This document shows, one piece after another, positions 1-8,674 of a DNA stretch of 64,000 nt. The notes below the pieces were generated by a model that saw only the letters and a list, made by a program, of their open reading frames with translations, was not told the origin of the DNA and did no database searches. How positions within the stretch are numbered: the first letter of the stretch is position 1; the number at the start of each line of letters is the position of its first letter. This DNA is from a virus, in the IMG/VR virus record IMGVR_UViG_3300009503_000019, positions 57,042 to 121,041 of that record. One strand, given 5' to 3'. Position numbers and translations under genes: made by a program.

Positions 1-2
1 TA

Positions 3-299
3 GAAGAAGCAGAATTATTAAAAATTGCAGCAGAACAATTGTCTGCTCCCCCTAAACCAGAATTACCATGGTCTTATAGACATCCTGTATTAGCGAATGC
101 TTCAGCATTAGCGACTATGGGGCTATTGGCGGCATCTCCATTCGCAATTCGAAAATTTATAACAAAAGAACCTGAAGAAGCATGGGGATTGCTTGCTAGT
201 GGGCTTCTTGCAGGTGTTGTAATCGGAGGGTTACGTGGACATCTCCAATCTCGCGAATTGGAAAGATATAAAAGAATGAAAAAATTAGGAATAACATGA
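3..299 (+). CDS. K-x-A leader family membrane protein, 5'-truncated
   Basis: Frame is open from position 3 (EEAELLKIAAEQLSAPP...), so the TTG start at 39 in the track is not the real start; carries the family motif ELLKIAA and two Gly/Ala-rich hydrophobic helices. Confidence 0.8.
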   Translation, partial: EEAELLKIAAEQLSAPPKPELPWSYRHPVLANASALATMGLLAASPFAIRKFITKEPEEAWGLLASGLLAGVVIGGLRGHLQSRELERYKRMKKLGIT

Positions 300-304
300 G
301 AAAT

Positions 305-332
305 TTGCTTTTTAAATTTTTTTTGATATCAT
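305..332 (+). promoter_or_regulatory. sigma70-type promoter
   Basis: TTGCTT-16-TATCAT with extended -10 TGn, upstream of GGAGG and ATG 354. Confidence 0.5.
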
Positions 333-353
333 TATCAAAAATGGAGGTTTGCG

Positions 354-839
354 ATGTATTACTTAGAAGACTTAATCGAAGAGGCAATGCTTAAAGAAGC
401 CGCGGCACTAGAACTTCTAGAAGAAAGTGATTATCTATATAAACTTGCAGCGGCTGAAGCTAAAGCAGAAGAAGAGGAAGAATTAGCGGATGAAGAACCT
501 ACTGAAGAGGAACTTGAGGAAGAAGAGGAAGAAAAAAAGGCATTTGGAGGTCTAATGAGAGCTCTTAAATTACGATTACTCAGTAGATTAGCTCCGGATG
601 TAGAAACTTTTGCAGAAGCTTTAGGTCGACGTGCCGCTAGAAGAATGGGTCCAGAACAGTTTAGGGCATTAGGGATGAGAGAAATTGGTGAAGCTTTAGG
701 CAGACCTGCGAGAACGATAGGAAGAGAATCCTGGTGGTCTAGATACGGTGCTCCTATAGGAATTGGACTAGGTGGTGTTGGAGCGGGATTAGGTGCAGCA
801 GCTCTTATAGATTTATTATCAAAACCACGTGGATTATAA
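354..839 (+). CDS. K-x-A leader family protein (putative internal head protein)
   Basis: Leader MYYLEDLIEEAMLKEAAALELLEESDYLYKLA, poly-Glu tract, Arg-rich middle, C-terminal GIGLGGVGAGLGAAAL followed by KPRG. Confidence 0.85.
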   Translation: MYYLEDLIEEAMLKEAAALELLEESDYLYKLAAAEAKAEEEEELADEEPTEEELEEEEEEKKAFGGLMRALKLRLLSRLAPDVETFAEALGRRAARRMGPEQFRALGMREIGEALGRPARTIGRESWWSRYGAPIGIGLGGVGAGLGAAALIDLLSKPRGL

Positions 840-859
840 TATTGATAATTCATTTAAAG

Positions 860-888
860 TTGACAAAAGATTTTTTTTATATTAAAAT
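860..888 (+). promoter_or_regulatory. sigma70-type promoter
   Basis: TTGACA-17-TAAAAT upstream of AAGGAGG and ATG 920. Confidence 0.65.
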
Positions 889-919
889 TGACAACAATAA
901 AATTTAAGGAGGTTAAAAA

Positions 920-1753
920 ATGGCCGGAATAGATGAGCTTATAAGGACAATTTTATCCGAAGGTGATGCTGAACTTCAGAAACTTGCTGAAGACTTAAAT
1001 ACAGAATTACTCGCTCAGAAAAAAAATGAAGAAAAAATTCTGAAATCTTATGAGAAGCAGGGACAAGCATTTGCAAGAGGATTTATCAATGAACTTCGTA
1101 AAAGAGGATTTGGTAAACTTGCTCAGGGAATAGTTTCTCCTGCAGTTACGCCTGAATCAAATGTTGAAAAACAACCTGAGCCTGCCGCTCCAACAGTGAA
1201 TGAACCTACGGGTGAAGCTCCAGAAGATGTTGGAGAAGCAATAGAAACAATGATTGCAGCACCAGAAGCTGCATCGGATGTTGCGGGAGAGAATGTAACT
1301 GCAATAGAAGGACAGATGGAAACAACTCCTGGTGGAGAAACTCAACCAGTCGATGAGGCTGCTCTTGATGCATTAAATACTCTTATTCAAGGTGCTGTAT
1401 CACAAAGTCCAGAAGCCGCATCTGCTGTTGCATCTACATCGCCATCTGCAGAACAACAGGCGCAGTCTCGAACTTCTAGCATAGAAGCTGCTCTTAGCGA
1501 TCTAGCTTCTCAACTTGAAGTTACTTCTCAAGCCACTACACCGGAAGAAGTTATAGACCAAGCAATAGGAGAAGGAGAATCTGCACCTTCTTCAGAAGCT
1601 GCACCAGCCACACCAACCGGAGGATTAATAATGGATCCTACAACTGGATTATTGGTTAACCCTGCTACTGGCGAAGCTTATGATCCACTAACTGGAATGC
1701 CTGTAGAAGCATCATTCTATGATCCTTGGTTGTACCCATTTTATGAATATTAA
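920..1753 (+). CDS. Acidic Ala/Pro/Glu-rich head-associated protein (scaffold/core candidate)
   Basis: Strong RBS; LQKLAE and FGKLAQ motifs, long acidic low-complexity region, three [DN]PxTG repeats near the C-terminus; lies upstream of the capsid gene. Confidence 0.6.
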   Translation: MAGIDELIRTILSEGDAELQKLAEDLNTELLAQKKNEEKILKSYEKQGQAFARGFINELRKRGFGKLAQGIVSPAVTPESNVEKQPEPAAPTVNEPTGEAPEDVGEAIETMIAAPEAASDVAGENVTAIEGQMETTPGGETQPVDEAALDALNTLIQGAVSQSPEAASAVASTSPSAEQQAQSRTSSIEAALSDLASQLEVTSQATTPEEVIDQAIGEGESAPSSEAAPATPTGGLIMDPTTGLLVNPATGEAYDPLTGMPVEASFYDPWLYPFYEY

Positions 1754-1774
1754 TATTAAAAATGGAGGCTAGCC

Positions 1775-2020
1775 ATGTATAGAGACGAAGCACTTTTTGA
1801 GGATCCGCTGGTAAAAATAGCGGAAAAGGAATTAAAATTTCCTACAATAACAGAATTTGAAAAAATCGCCGCTGGATATCGCTTGAAGTTAAATGCTCAT
1901 GATCTTAAAACAGCACAGAAAATTGCTTCTATGATAAAATTCTTTTCAAAACATCCAAAAGTTGCTACCGTAGTTCGCGATGCGGCAACTATTGGTTTGA
2001 TTAAGTCTAGAAAAAAATAA
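1775..2020 (+). CDS. Small K-x-A motif protein
   Basis: GGAGG RBS; LVKIAE, FEKIAA, KTAQKIAS motifs. Confidence 0.75.
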   Translation: MYRDEALFEDPLVKIAEKELKFPTITEFEKIAAGYRLKLNAHDLKTAQKIASMIKFFSKHPKVATVVRDAATIGLIKSRKK

Positions 2021-2038
2021 TTTATAAGGAGGTTTAAA

Positions 2039-2389
2039 ATGATGTACTACGACGACATAAACGCTCTTTTAGAAGAGGCAATGATAAAAGAAGCAGCTGC
2101 TGAAGAGCTGCTTGCTGAAAGTGAAGAGCTTTATAAATTGGCTCAACTTGGAGAACTTTTAGGGATTCCTGCTGCAGAAGTTTTATCTCGTGCAAGACAA
2201 GAGACTGTTCCAATTACGCAACTTGTAGGATATGAAACAAGACTTACTCCTAGTGTAACACAAAGAATGAGAGCAGCTTTAGCAAGATTAATAAGAGCTA
2301 AGGCGTTCTTACCTACTGCAGTCGGTCTAGGAGCTCTCGGACTTGGTGCTGGAGCAGGATATTTAGCAGCTCGTCCACGTAAGAGATAA
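2039..2389 (+). CDS. K-x-A leader family protein
   Basis: Leader ...LLEEAMIKEAAAEELLAESEELYKLA; C-terminal KAFLPTAVGLGALGLGAGAGYLAARPRKR. Confidence 0.85.
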   Translation: MMYYDDINALLEEAMIKEAAAEELLAESEELYKLAQLGELLGIPAAEVLSRARQETVPITQLVGYETRLTPSVTQRMRAALARLIRAKAFLPTAVGLGALGLGAGAGYLAARPRKR

Positions 2390-2398
2390 AAATAATTA

Positions 2399-2806
2399 AT
2401 GCATTCTTCTATCTTCTACACTAGAGCGTTGATGAAAAGCGCAGCAGCGGAAAAACTTCATATTGAAAGTATATTGCTTTATAAATTGGCTGGAGAACTT
2501 TATCGCGAAGAAACAGAAGCATTATTAAAATCAATAGGAATTAATCCAGAAACTGTTGTATATCATCCTCCTCTAGGCGAACTTTATAGACAAGAAGTTG
2601 CCCCTGTAATTCAAGCACGTCCACAAGAAATATTATCTGCCGAACAAGAGATAGCTGAACTTCCGAAAACTATCGAAACTGCTCAACAGGCAGGTAAACT
2701 TAGAAGATTAATTAAATCCAAAGCATTCTTACCGGCGGCAGTTGGTCTCGGAGCTTTAGGACTTGGTTTAGGTGGGAGCTACTTATTATCCCATAGGAGA
2801 TATTAA
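2399..2806 (+). CDS. K-x-A leader family protein
   Basis: ALMKSAAAEKLHIESILLYKLA; C-terminal KAFLPAAVGLGALGLGLGGSYLL is a near duplicate of 2039..2389. Confidence 0.85.
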   Translation: MHSSIFYTRALMKSAAAEKLHIESILLYKLAGELYREETEALLKSIGINPETVVYHPPLGELYRQEVAPVIQARPQEILSAEQEIAELPKTIETAQQAGKLRRLIKSKAFLPAAVGLGALGLGLGGSYLLSHRRY

Positions 2807-3417
2807 TGTATTATTCTAATTTCAATACTGATATTAATTCTTTAAAAGAATCTCTTATTCTTGATGAGCTTCAAAAGGAATTGATAAAAGAAGCACAATG
2901 GGAATGGTTAAAACAGTTAGGACGTCGTGTTTCAGGCGGTTTTGCTCGATATTTTAGAGGAGCGTCGCCTGCAATTAGAACATCCGCAGAGGAAGCTGCA
3001 CGACAAAGAGAATTATATGAACATTTCATAAGAGGTCTTCCTGGAGCAGAAGCAACTCGTAAAGGACGGATAGGACGTGCTTTTGAAAAAGCAAAAGGAT
3101 TACTACGACGAAAACAAAAAGTTCCAGAAGCTCCGGCAGCAAAAGGACCAGGTGAACGTTATTGGGGAGAGGTTGCACCTGTGATTCAACCACGTCCTGC
3201 GGAGAGAATTGAAGAAGCATTTGAAACTGCATTAGCTAGAGAGACTGCAACTCAGCCTACTGCAACAGAAGTGGCTCAAACTGTGACTCAAACTGCTCCA
3301 GTAGCAGAAACTACTCAAGGTCGAAGATGGATTGGTCCAGCAATTGTTGGTGGTGGATTGGCAGCAGGTGGATTATTAGGATATGGTTTAAGTAGAAGAA
3401 GGAGAGAAGAAGAATGA
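2806..3417 (+). CDS. K-x-A leader family protein
   Basis: MYY start, ELIKEAQ, Arg-rich body, EVAPVIQxRP shared with 2399..2806, C-terminal GxxG helix followed by RRRR. Confidence 0.85.
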   Translation: MYYSNFNTDINSLKESLILDELQKELIKEAQWEWLKQLGRRVSGGFARYFRGASPAIRTSAEEAARQRELYEHFIRGLPGAEATRKGRIGRAFEKAKGLLRRKQKVPEAPAAKGPGERYWGEVAPVIQPRPAERIEEAFETALARETATQPTATEVAQTVTQTAPVAETTQGRRWIGPAIVGGGLAAGGLLGYGLSRRRREEE

Positions 3418-3689
3418 TGCCTTATAGAGATTTAATTTTTGAGGCAATGTTAAAAGAAGCGGCAGCATACGAACTTCTGAGAGAAAGTAATTATTTGTAT
3501 AAACTCGCAGGTGGATTCTGGGCTAGAGCTGGCGAATACTTATCAAAAGTTCCAGAATACTGGCAGAAATTCAGAACTTCTAAATATTTCTGGCCTACTG
3601 TTGCAGGTGTTGGGGGATTAACCGTTGGTGGACTAGGTGGTGCAGTGTATGGACTCAGTAGACCCAGGAAACGATATATTGAAGAATAA
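3414..3689 (+). CDS. K-x-A leader family protein
   Basis: EAMLKEAAAYELLRESNYLYKLA; C-terminal Gly-rich helix followed by RPRKR. Confidence 0.85.
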   Translation: MMPYRDLIFEAMLKEAAAYELLRESNYLYKLAGGFWARAGEYLSKVPEYWQKFRTSKYFWPTVAGVGGLTVGGLGGAVYGLSRPRKRYIEE

Positions 3690-3708
3690 AATTAAGGAGG
3701 TTTAAAAA

Positions 3709-4086
3709 ATGTACTACGATGAGTTTGATCTTTTGATAGAATTAGAGAAAGAAGCAGCTTTAGAAAAAATAGCACAAGGTAAACTTAGATCAGTTTTACG
3801 CAAAATTCCATTGCTTGGTAGATTAGTAAAAGCCCCGCCTCGTCCTTTAACCAGAACAGAAAGATTAGCTGCAAGATTGGGGGCATTTGCAACAAGACAT
3901 CCATATCTTTCTTTAGGAATTCCAGCAGCTGGATTAGGCCTTGGTGTAGCAGGTGGATATCTTCTTGGTAGCAGAATGGGAGGTATTGGATTAGCAGCGG
4001 GTCAAGAACCTCTTACAACTGAATTAGCAGCTGATCAGGAACCTCTTACAATAGAGGATTTGGGATATTATCTCGGTGAGATTTAA
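3709..4086 (+). CDS. K-x-A leader family protein
   Basis: MYYDEFDLLIELEKEAALEKIAQ; basic body; Gly-rich hydrophobic helix. Confidence 0.85.
   Translation: MYYDEFDLLIELEKEAALEKIAQGKLRSVLRKIPLLGRLVKAPPRPLTRTERLAARLGAFATRHPYLSLGIPAAGLGLGVAGGYLLGSRMGGIGLAAGQEPLTTELAADQEPLTIEDLGYYLGEI
3991..4056 (+). repeat. Two imperfect 33-bp tandem units inside CDS
   Basis: ttagcagcgggtcaagaacctcttacaactgaa / ttagcagctgatcaggaacctcttacaatagag encoding LAAGQEPLTTE / LAADQEPLTIE. Confidence 0.85.
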
Positions 4087-4547
4087 TGATAGTTCCTAAG
4101 AGAATAAATAAATATTCTCATATCGCTCTTCTCAAAAAAATTGCACAAGCAGCGGAGACTGCAACAATAACAACAGAAAAAGCATTGAAGAAACCTACAC
4201 CTCAAATATCACATCCTAAAATTTCGCAGCAAAAACCATCTGCTCAGAAGAAATTTGAAAAGATGGGTTCATTCGAGAATATTGCTATTAAATATGCTAA
4301 TTTCTTGAATAAAGTTGGTTCTTCTATATTACCCACATTAAATATCAATATTGACAATGAAATGAAAAAAGAAGCGATTAAATGGTGGCCCTGGATGAAA
4401 CGATTGGGATTACTTGGAGCAGGATATTATCTTGGATATAGATCCGCAAAGAGCAAATATGGTCCGCAGCCCCCACCAGAAATGGCGAATCCCCTTGAAA
4501 GTGGTTATTTTCTTACACCTGAAATGGAATATGGAGGTATGAAATGA
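4086..4547 (+). CDS. K-x-A motif protein with C-terminal Gly-rich segment
   Basis: KKIAQ, EKMGS, IKYAN, NKVGS, KKEAI motifs; RLGLLGAGYYLGY. Confidence 0.75.
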   Translation: MIVPKRINKYSHIALLKKIAQAAETATITTEKALKKPTPQISHPKISQQKPSAQKKFEKMGSFENIAIKYANFLNKVGSSILPTLNINIDNEMKKEAIKWWPWMKRLGLLGAGYYLGYRSAKSKYGPQPPPEMANPLESGYFLTPEMEYGGMK

Positions 4548-4876
4548 CAGGACCAGAAAAAATAAGAACTTTATTTAAAGTAGCTTCACAAGTGATAATT
4601 AAACTTGCAAATGAGAATAAACAATTGAAAGCTAAATTAGATTATTATGAGAAAAGGGCTAAAGCGGAGAAAATAGTGGATAAATTGATTCGTGCTGGGC
4701 ATCTTTCAGAATTTCAAAAAGAAGCAAAGATAAATGAATTGATGAAAGATGATCTCAAAGCATGGGAAAAAGCAGCTTCTTTAGTATCGACAATGACTTC
4801 GTTAGGAGAAACCGTATCTCCAGTTCAATCAAATGATGCAGAAAATGAACTCATTAAAGCTTTATTGAGTTCGTAA
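4544..4876 (+). CDS. Coiled-coil head assembly protein (scaffold candidate)
   Basis: ATGA coupling; FKVAS and IKLAN motifs, heptad-like helix; directly upstream of decoration and capsid genes. Confidence 0.55.
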   Translation: MTGPEKIRTLFKVASQVIIKLANENKQLKAKLDYYEKRAKAEKIVDKLIRAGHLSEFQKEAKINELMKDDLKAWEKAASLVSTMTSLGETVSPVQSNDAENELIKALLSS

Positions 4877-4897
4877 AAAAAAGAAGGAGGTTAAAAT

Positions 4898-5314
4898 ATG
4901 GCGCTGACAGAACTAAAACTGAGACTTTTAAAAGCAGCAATAGGTGTTACCGAAGAAAAGGTGAGTTTAAGTACAGCATTTAATGAAGGTATGGCTCTGG
5001 TATATGATGCAACTGCCGGAGCCTGGAAAGCAGGTAATGCAACTGATGGAAAGGTTCCACTCAGAGTAGTCTATTTTGGCTATGCATCAGATCGACCGGA
5101 TGTTATGCAACTCGGGCAGTGTAAAACAATTGCCGCTCCATGCGTGATAACCGTTAGTGTAGACAACGTTATAACTGCAACTGGTAGAATTCCAACTGCA
5201 GGAAGTGGAATTATCATAACTGGTGGTAAATATGCAGCTGTGAGTGGTACTGAAGTTCCATGTGGAATGTGCCTCGGCGTGAAAGGCGATGAATACGAGA
5301 TTGAACTCTATTAA
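4898..5314 (+). CDS. Putative capsid decoration/cement protein
   Basis: 138 aa, Gly/Ala/Val/Thr beta-rich, immediately before the major capsid gene, strong RBS. Confidence 0.5.
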   Translation: MALTELKLRLLKAAIGVTEEKVSLSTAFNEGMALVYDATAGAWKAGNATDGKVPLRVVYFGYASDRPDVMQLGQCKTIAAPCVITVSVDNVITATGRIPTAGSGIIITGGKYAAVSGTEVPCGMCLGVKGDEYEIELY

Positions 5315-5326
5315 GGAGGTGAAACA

Positions 5327-6298
5327 ATGTACGGAAATACAATGAGATTATTCTTAAATAAATTAGACACAGGTTTATCAAAAGAGGCACAAGGAGCCCT
5401 TGCAACAGTAATAAGAAGAAAAGTTCGTGAAAGAGGTATATCTCCAAGAGTTATTCCTTTTGAAACAATAAGTCCAGGAGATGTGAGAATTCAGAGAGAT
5501 CTTGATAGAGATATTATCTATTTTGTTGGTGAAAAAGAAGCTGATTCTTATGCAATGGTTCTTACTCTTGAAGGTAAACCCGGTATAATTGAGCCCAGAG
5601 GTACAAGATTTAGGGTTGATTTCTATCAGTTTGCAACTCCGAAAGTCAAAAAGCATGAAATCAATCTTCTTTCCTATACATATTCATTTGAAAAATGGTT
5701 AGAAGAAAATGTTGTATATGATATTGAAGAAGCTTACGATACCAAATTCTTAACACTTGCTTTGAGATCGGCTGAAACGACAAATCAGATTGTTCAAACT
5801 ACAAGTGCAAAATTTACACTTAATGATTTAATTGATCTTCAAAAAGTATTAACTCAAACAAAGAAGGCTTCTGATGCTAATATTGTAGTTATGAATAAAA
5901 CTACATTCCTTGAGTTCTTATCACAGGGTACAACAGTATTCGGTGATGTTCTGCAGAAGGAAATTGTAATCAATGGATACAAATATCAAACTCTACTTGA
6001 TACTGCATTTGTCGTAACTGAAAATAATGTTGTCGTTCCTCCAGGAATAGTTTATGCATTTGCAAAACCTCAGTATCTTGGTGTAGTTCCAGTTCTTCAT
6101 GATATAAAATTTTTCATCAAGAAAGAAGGACCAGAAGTTGAATGGAATACATGGTCAATACTCGGAATGAACATTGCTAATGCTTATGGGGTTGCGGTTT
6201 TAATTTATGGCTCTAAAGGTTGGTCTGTTAAAAATGGTAAAATCACATATACAGTAGACACTGTTGATTACACCGAACCACCATATCCTGAGAAGTAA
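5327..6298 (+). CDS. Major capsid protein (HK97 fold, probable)
   Basis: 323 aa, AAGGAGGTG RBS, sits after scaffold/decoration and before neck genes, followed by a strong terminator; IRRKVRE..SPRVIP N-terminal pattern. Confidence 0.75.
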   Translation: MYGNTMRLFLNKLDTGLSKEAQGALATVIRRKVRERGISPRVIPFETISPGDVRIQRDLDRDIIYFVGEKEADSYAMVLTLEGKPGIIEPRGTRFRVDFYQFATPKVKKHEINLLSYTYSFEKWLEENVVYDIEEAYDTKFLTLALRSAETTNQIVQTTSAKFTLNDLIDLQKVLTQTKKASDANIVVMNKTTFLEFLSQGTTVFGDVLQKEIVINGYKYQTLLDTAFVVTENNVVVPPGIVYAFAKPQYLGVVPVLHDIKFFIKKEGPEVEWNTWSILGMNIANAYGVAVLIYGSKGWSVKNGKITYTVDTVDYTEPPYPEK

Positions 6299-6321
6299 AT
6301 TGTTGTTCTTTTGTATAATTG

Positions 6322-6349
6322 AAGGAGGGGTAAATCCCCTCCTTTTTTT
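6322..6349 (+). terminator. Rho-independent terminator
   Basis: AAGGAGGGG-TAAAT-CCCCTCCTT hairpin followed by a T run, just after the capsid stop. Confidence 0.85.
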
Positions 6350-6376
6350 CTTTTTAAACAAAAATAGGAGGTAACA

Positions 6377-6745
6377 ATGGCAATAAAAATACAAAGTGCA
6401 GTAAAATATTTAATATCATTAGGGGAAATAATTTTTAATCCTGGAATAATTTATGAACTTTCAGACGAATTTTATAATAAACATAAAGATGTACTGGATA
6501 ATCTTGTTAAGAATGGGTTATTAAAAAGAATAGATATACCAGATATTCCTTCAGCATCATCTGAGACTGATGAATCATCTAAAGAGGAACCAAAAGTTGA
6601 AATAGAAACTAAAGTAGAAGAGAAAAAAGAAGAAGAATCTATACCTAAATTAGAAGTGGATGCAGAAGTTGTAGATGAAGTTGCAAATCTTTCTGTTGAG
6701 GAAGATTCTTCAAAAAGAAGAGGAAGAAGAAAAAAGGCGGATTAA
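6377..6745 (+). CDS. Hypothetical acidic protein with basic tail
   Basis: GGAGG RBS; ends KRRGRRKKAD. Confidence 0.7.
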   Translation: MAIKIQSAVKYLISLGEIIFNPGIIYELSDEFYNKHKDVLDNLVKNGLLKRIDIPDIPSASSETDESSKEEPKVEIETKVEEKKEEESIPKLEVDAEVVDEVANLSVEEDSSKRRGRRKKAD

Positions 6746-6800
6746 CATGTATAATTATTTTCTAATACAATTTTCAATATTATGAAATAAGGAGGTTAGC

Positions 6801-7070
6801 ATGTATAATTATTTTCTAGCACAAGCTTTAATTAAAGAAGCAACGGCGTTAGAGCTTTTAAGGGAAGCGCGATTATTAAAATTAGCTGCTCGTGAAAGTT
6901 CTCTAACTCCTGAAGAAAAACTTCGTCTAATAGGACGTGGTGCATTATATGGAGGCCTAGTAGGACTTCCAGTTGCAATATCTGGCATAGTAGCTAAAGA
7001 TCCAGAACTTGCAGCAATACCTATAGGAACTGCAATTTTAGGTTCTATTGTATCAAGATCACTATTTTGA
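6801..7070 (+). CDS. K-x-A leader family membrane protein
   Basis: ALIKEATALELLREARLLKLAA leader plus two Gly-rich hydrophobic helices. Confidence 0.85.
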   Translation: MYNYFLAQALIKEATALELLREARLLKLAARESSLTPEEKLRLIGRGALYGGLVGLPVAISGIVAKDPELAAIPIGTAILGSIVSRSLF

Positions 7071-7095
7071 TTAAATTTTAAATATTTAATATAAT
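7067..7095 (+). promoter_or_regulatory. sigma70-type promoter
   Basis: TTGATT-17-TATAAT just before ATG 7102. Confidence 0.55.
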
Positions 7096-7101
7096 TATTC
7101 T

Positions 7102-7509
7102 ATGACATTAGAAGAATTGATAACAAAAATTCGTGATTTTTTGAGAGATTATTCAGAATTAAATGAACTGTTGGATGCTAGAGAAAATTCAGATGAATTA
7201 TTAAAAATGTCTGTAGAATTTATTTTAAATGATTTTAATCAACAGCCTCCTATTACTAATTTTGATATAGATGGGTTCCCTTCTATACCTCATTTAATAA
7301 TGGGTGCATCTGCACATGCATTGCAGAGTGCTATGGTATGGTATTCAAGAAATAGAATTAATATTAGTGATGGTGGGATCAGTTTATTATATAAGGACAA
7401 AGCAGGGGAATATGCAAATATAGTATCAGGTTTTATGGAACAATATACTAGATGGAAAATGATGTATAAGAAAGGAATGAATTTAGAACAATTCTATGGC
7501 ATTGGATAA
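7102..7509 (+). CDS. Head-tail adaptor/neck protein (putative)
   Basis: 135 aa helical protein at the usual position after the capsid gene. Confidence 0.5.
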   Translation: MTLEELITKIRDFLRDYSELNELLDARENSDELLKMSVEFILNDFNQQPPITNFDIDGFPSIPHLIMGASAHALQSAMVWYSRNRINISDGGISLLYKDKAGEYANIVSGFMEQYTRWKMMYKKGMNLEQFYGIG

Positions 7510-7538
7510 TTAAACTTAAATTTTATATAATTATTTGT

Positions 7539-8300
7539 ATGAAATTTACTTCAATTAAAGTTTATTATTCATATCCAAATAATACCGTAATTTACTGGGA
7601 AGTTTCAAATGTACAAGGAGCTGTTAAATTTGCAATTGAAAGATCTCTATCTCCACAGAATGGATTTGAAACTGTAGTGGAAAATATTGAACAAAATTAT
7701 TATATAGATTCGTTGCCGATTATTAATAGAAATGTTTATTTTTATTATAAAGTGCGTGGAAAAGATGATTCTGGGGAAGTAATATCAGAGCCAACAGCGT
7801 TACCATTTCCTCCAGATCCAATATTGAAATCAGTACTGAAAATGGAGAATCACTGGTTAAGAAAATTTGTTCAGAGACCTATTAGAGTTTATATTAGAAA
7901 AAAATATGGAAAAAGATGTCTTTATTGTTGGGATGAATTGAAACAAAGAGTAACCAGAGAGAAATGTGAATATTGTTTTGGAACAGGTTTTGAAGGTGGG
8001 TATTATTCTCCTGTTGATGCATATATACAAATTATGCCTATGCCGAAACAGCAAGTTCCTTCGCCTGTTGGAATTCAAATGATAAACGAAATAGAGGCAT
8101 GGATGACTAATTATCCATTAGTTTCATCAGGAGACCTGATAAGTGAGAAGGCAATGTCTTATAAATACAAAATTACTCAAGTGTATCCGACATTCTGGAA
8201 AGGATATATAGTGAGACAACAGTTAAGATTACATATGATAAACCTGGAAGATATTGAATATGAAATTGATAAATTAAAAATAATTGAGGAATTGAAATGA
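7539..8300 (+). CDS. Head closure/neck protein with Zn-finger insert (putative)
   Basis: N-terminal beta-sandwich-like region; CLYC...CEYCFGTG; position in the neck module. Confidence 0.55.
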   Translation: MKFTSIKVYYSYPNNTVIYWEVSNVQGAVKFAIERSLSPQNGFETVVENIEQNYYIDSLPIINRNVYFYYKVRGKDDSGEVISEPTALPFPPDPILKSVLKMENHWLRKFVQRPIRVYIRKKYGKRCLYCWDELKQRVTREKCEYCFGTGFEGGYYSPVDAYIQIMPMPKQQVPSPVGIQMINEIEAWMTNYPLVSSGDLISEKAMSYKYKITQVYPTFWKGYIVRQQLRLHMINLEDIEYEIDKLKIIEELK

Positions 8301-8674
8301 TAAAAAGAGAAGAATGGCTTAAATTATTAGCTACTGCAATAGAAGGAAAATTGATATCATTATTGCAAGCACAAGGATACAGAAATATTGCTCATTCCGT
8401 ATCAGTGAAAGTTAGAAATGGAGAGATTGTTATTAATATTACACATCCAGCATTTGAGTATTTAGATCGAGGAGTACGACCATTCCAGATGAAACCTCAC
8501 GATAAAGCAGTACCAATAAAAAAAGGGTATACCATAATTTTTAGAAAAATTACACCCCAATCGCTTCAAAGAGGACGATGGAGACATCCTGGAATAAAAG
8601 CTCATAAATTTATTCAAAGAGCAGTGAATGATGCAATTAATCAAATGGTAAAGATTTATGGGAGGCCTGAATAA
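8297..8674 (+). CDS. Neck/tail completion protein (putative)
   Basis: Basic protein with WRHPGIKAHKFIQRAV; coupled between neck genes. Confidence 0.45.
   Translation: MIKREEWLKLLATAIEGKLISLLQAQGYRNIAHSVSVKVRNGEIVINITHPAFEYLDRGVRPFQMKPHDKAVPIKKGYTIIFRKITPQSLQRGRWRHPGIKAHKFIQRAVNDAINQMVKIYGRPE

Noticed and set aside
431-853. Antisense ORF with poly-Ser (also 28432..28857 and many other opposite-strand ORFs in the track)
   Set aside because: Mirror of GAA-rich acidic tracts in real genes; no RBS and fully nested in better-supported CDSs
6200-6394. Minus-strand 64-aa ORF across the capsid terminator
   Set aside because: Made of the antisense of the capsid 3' end and the terminator T run; no RBS
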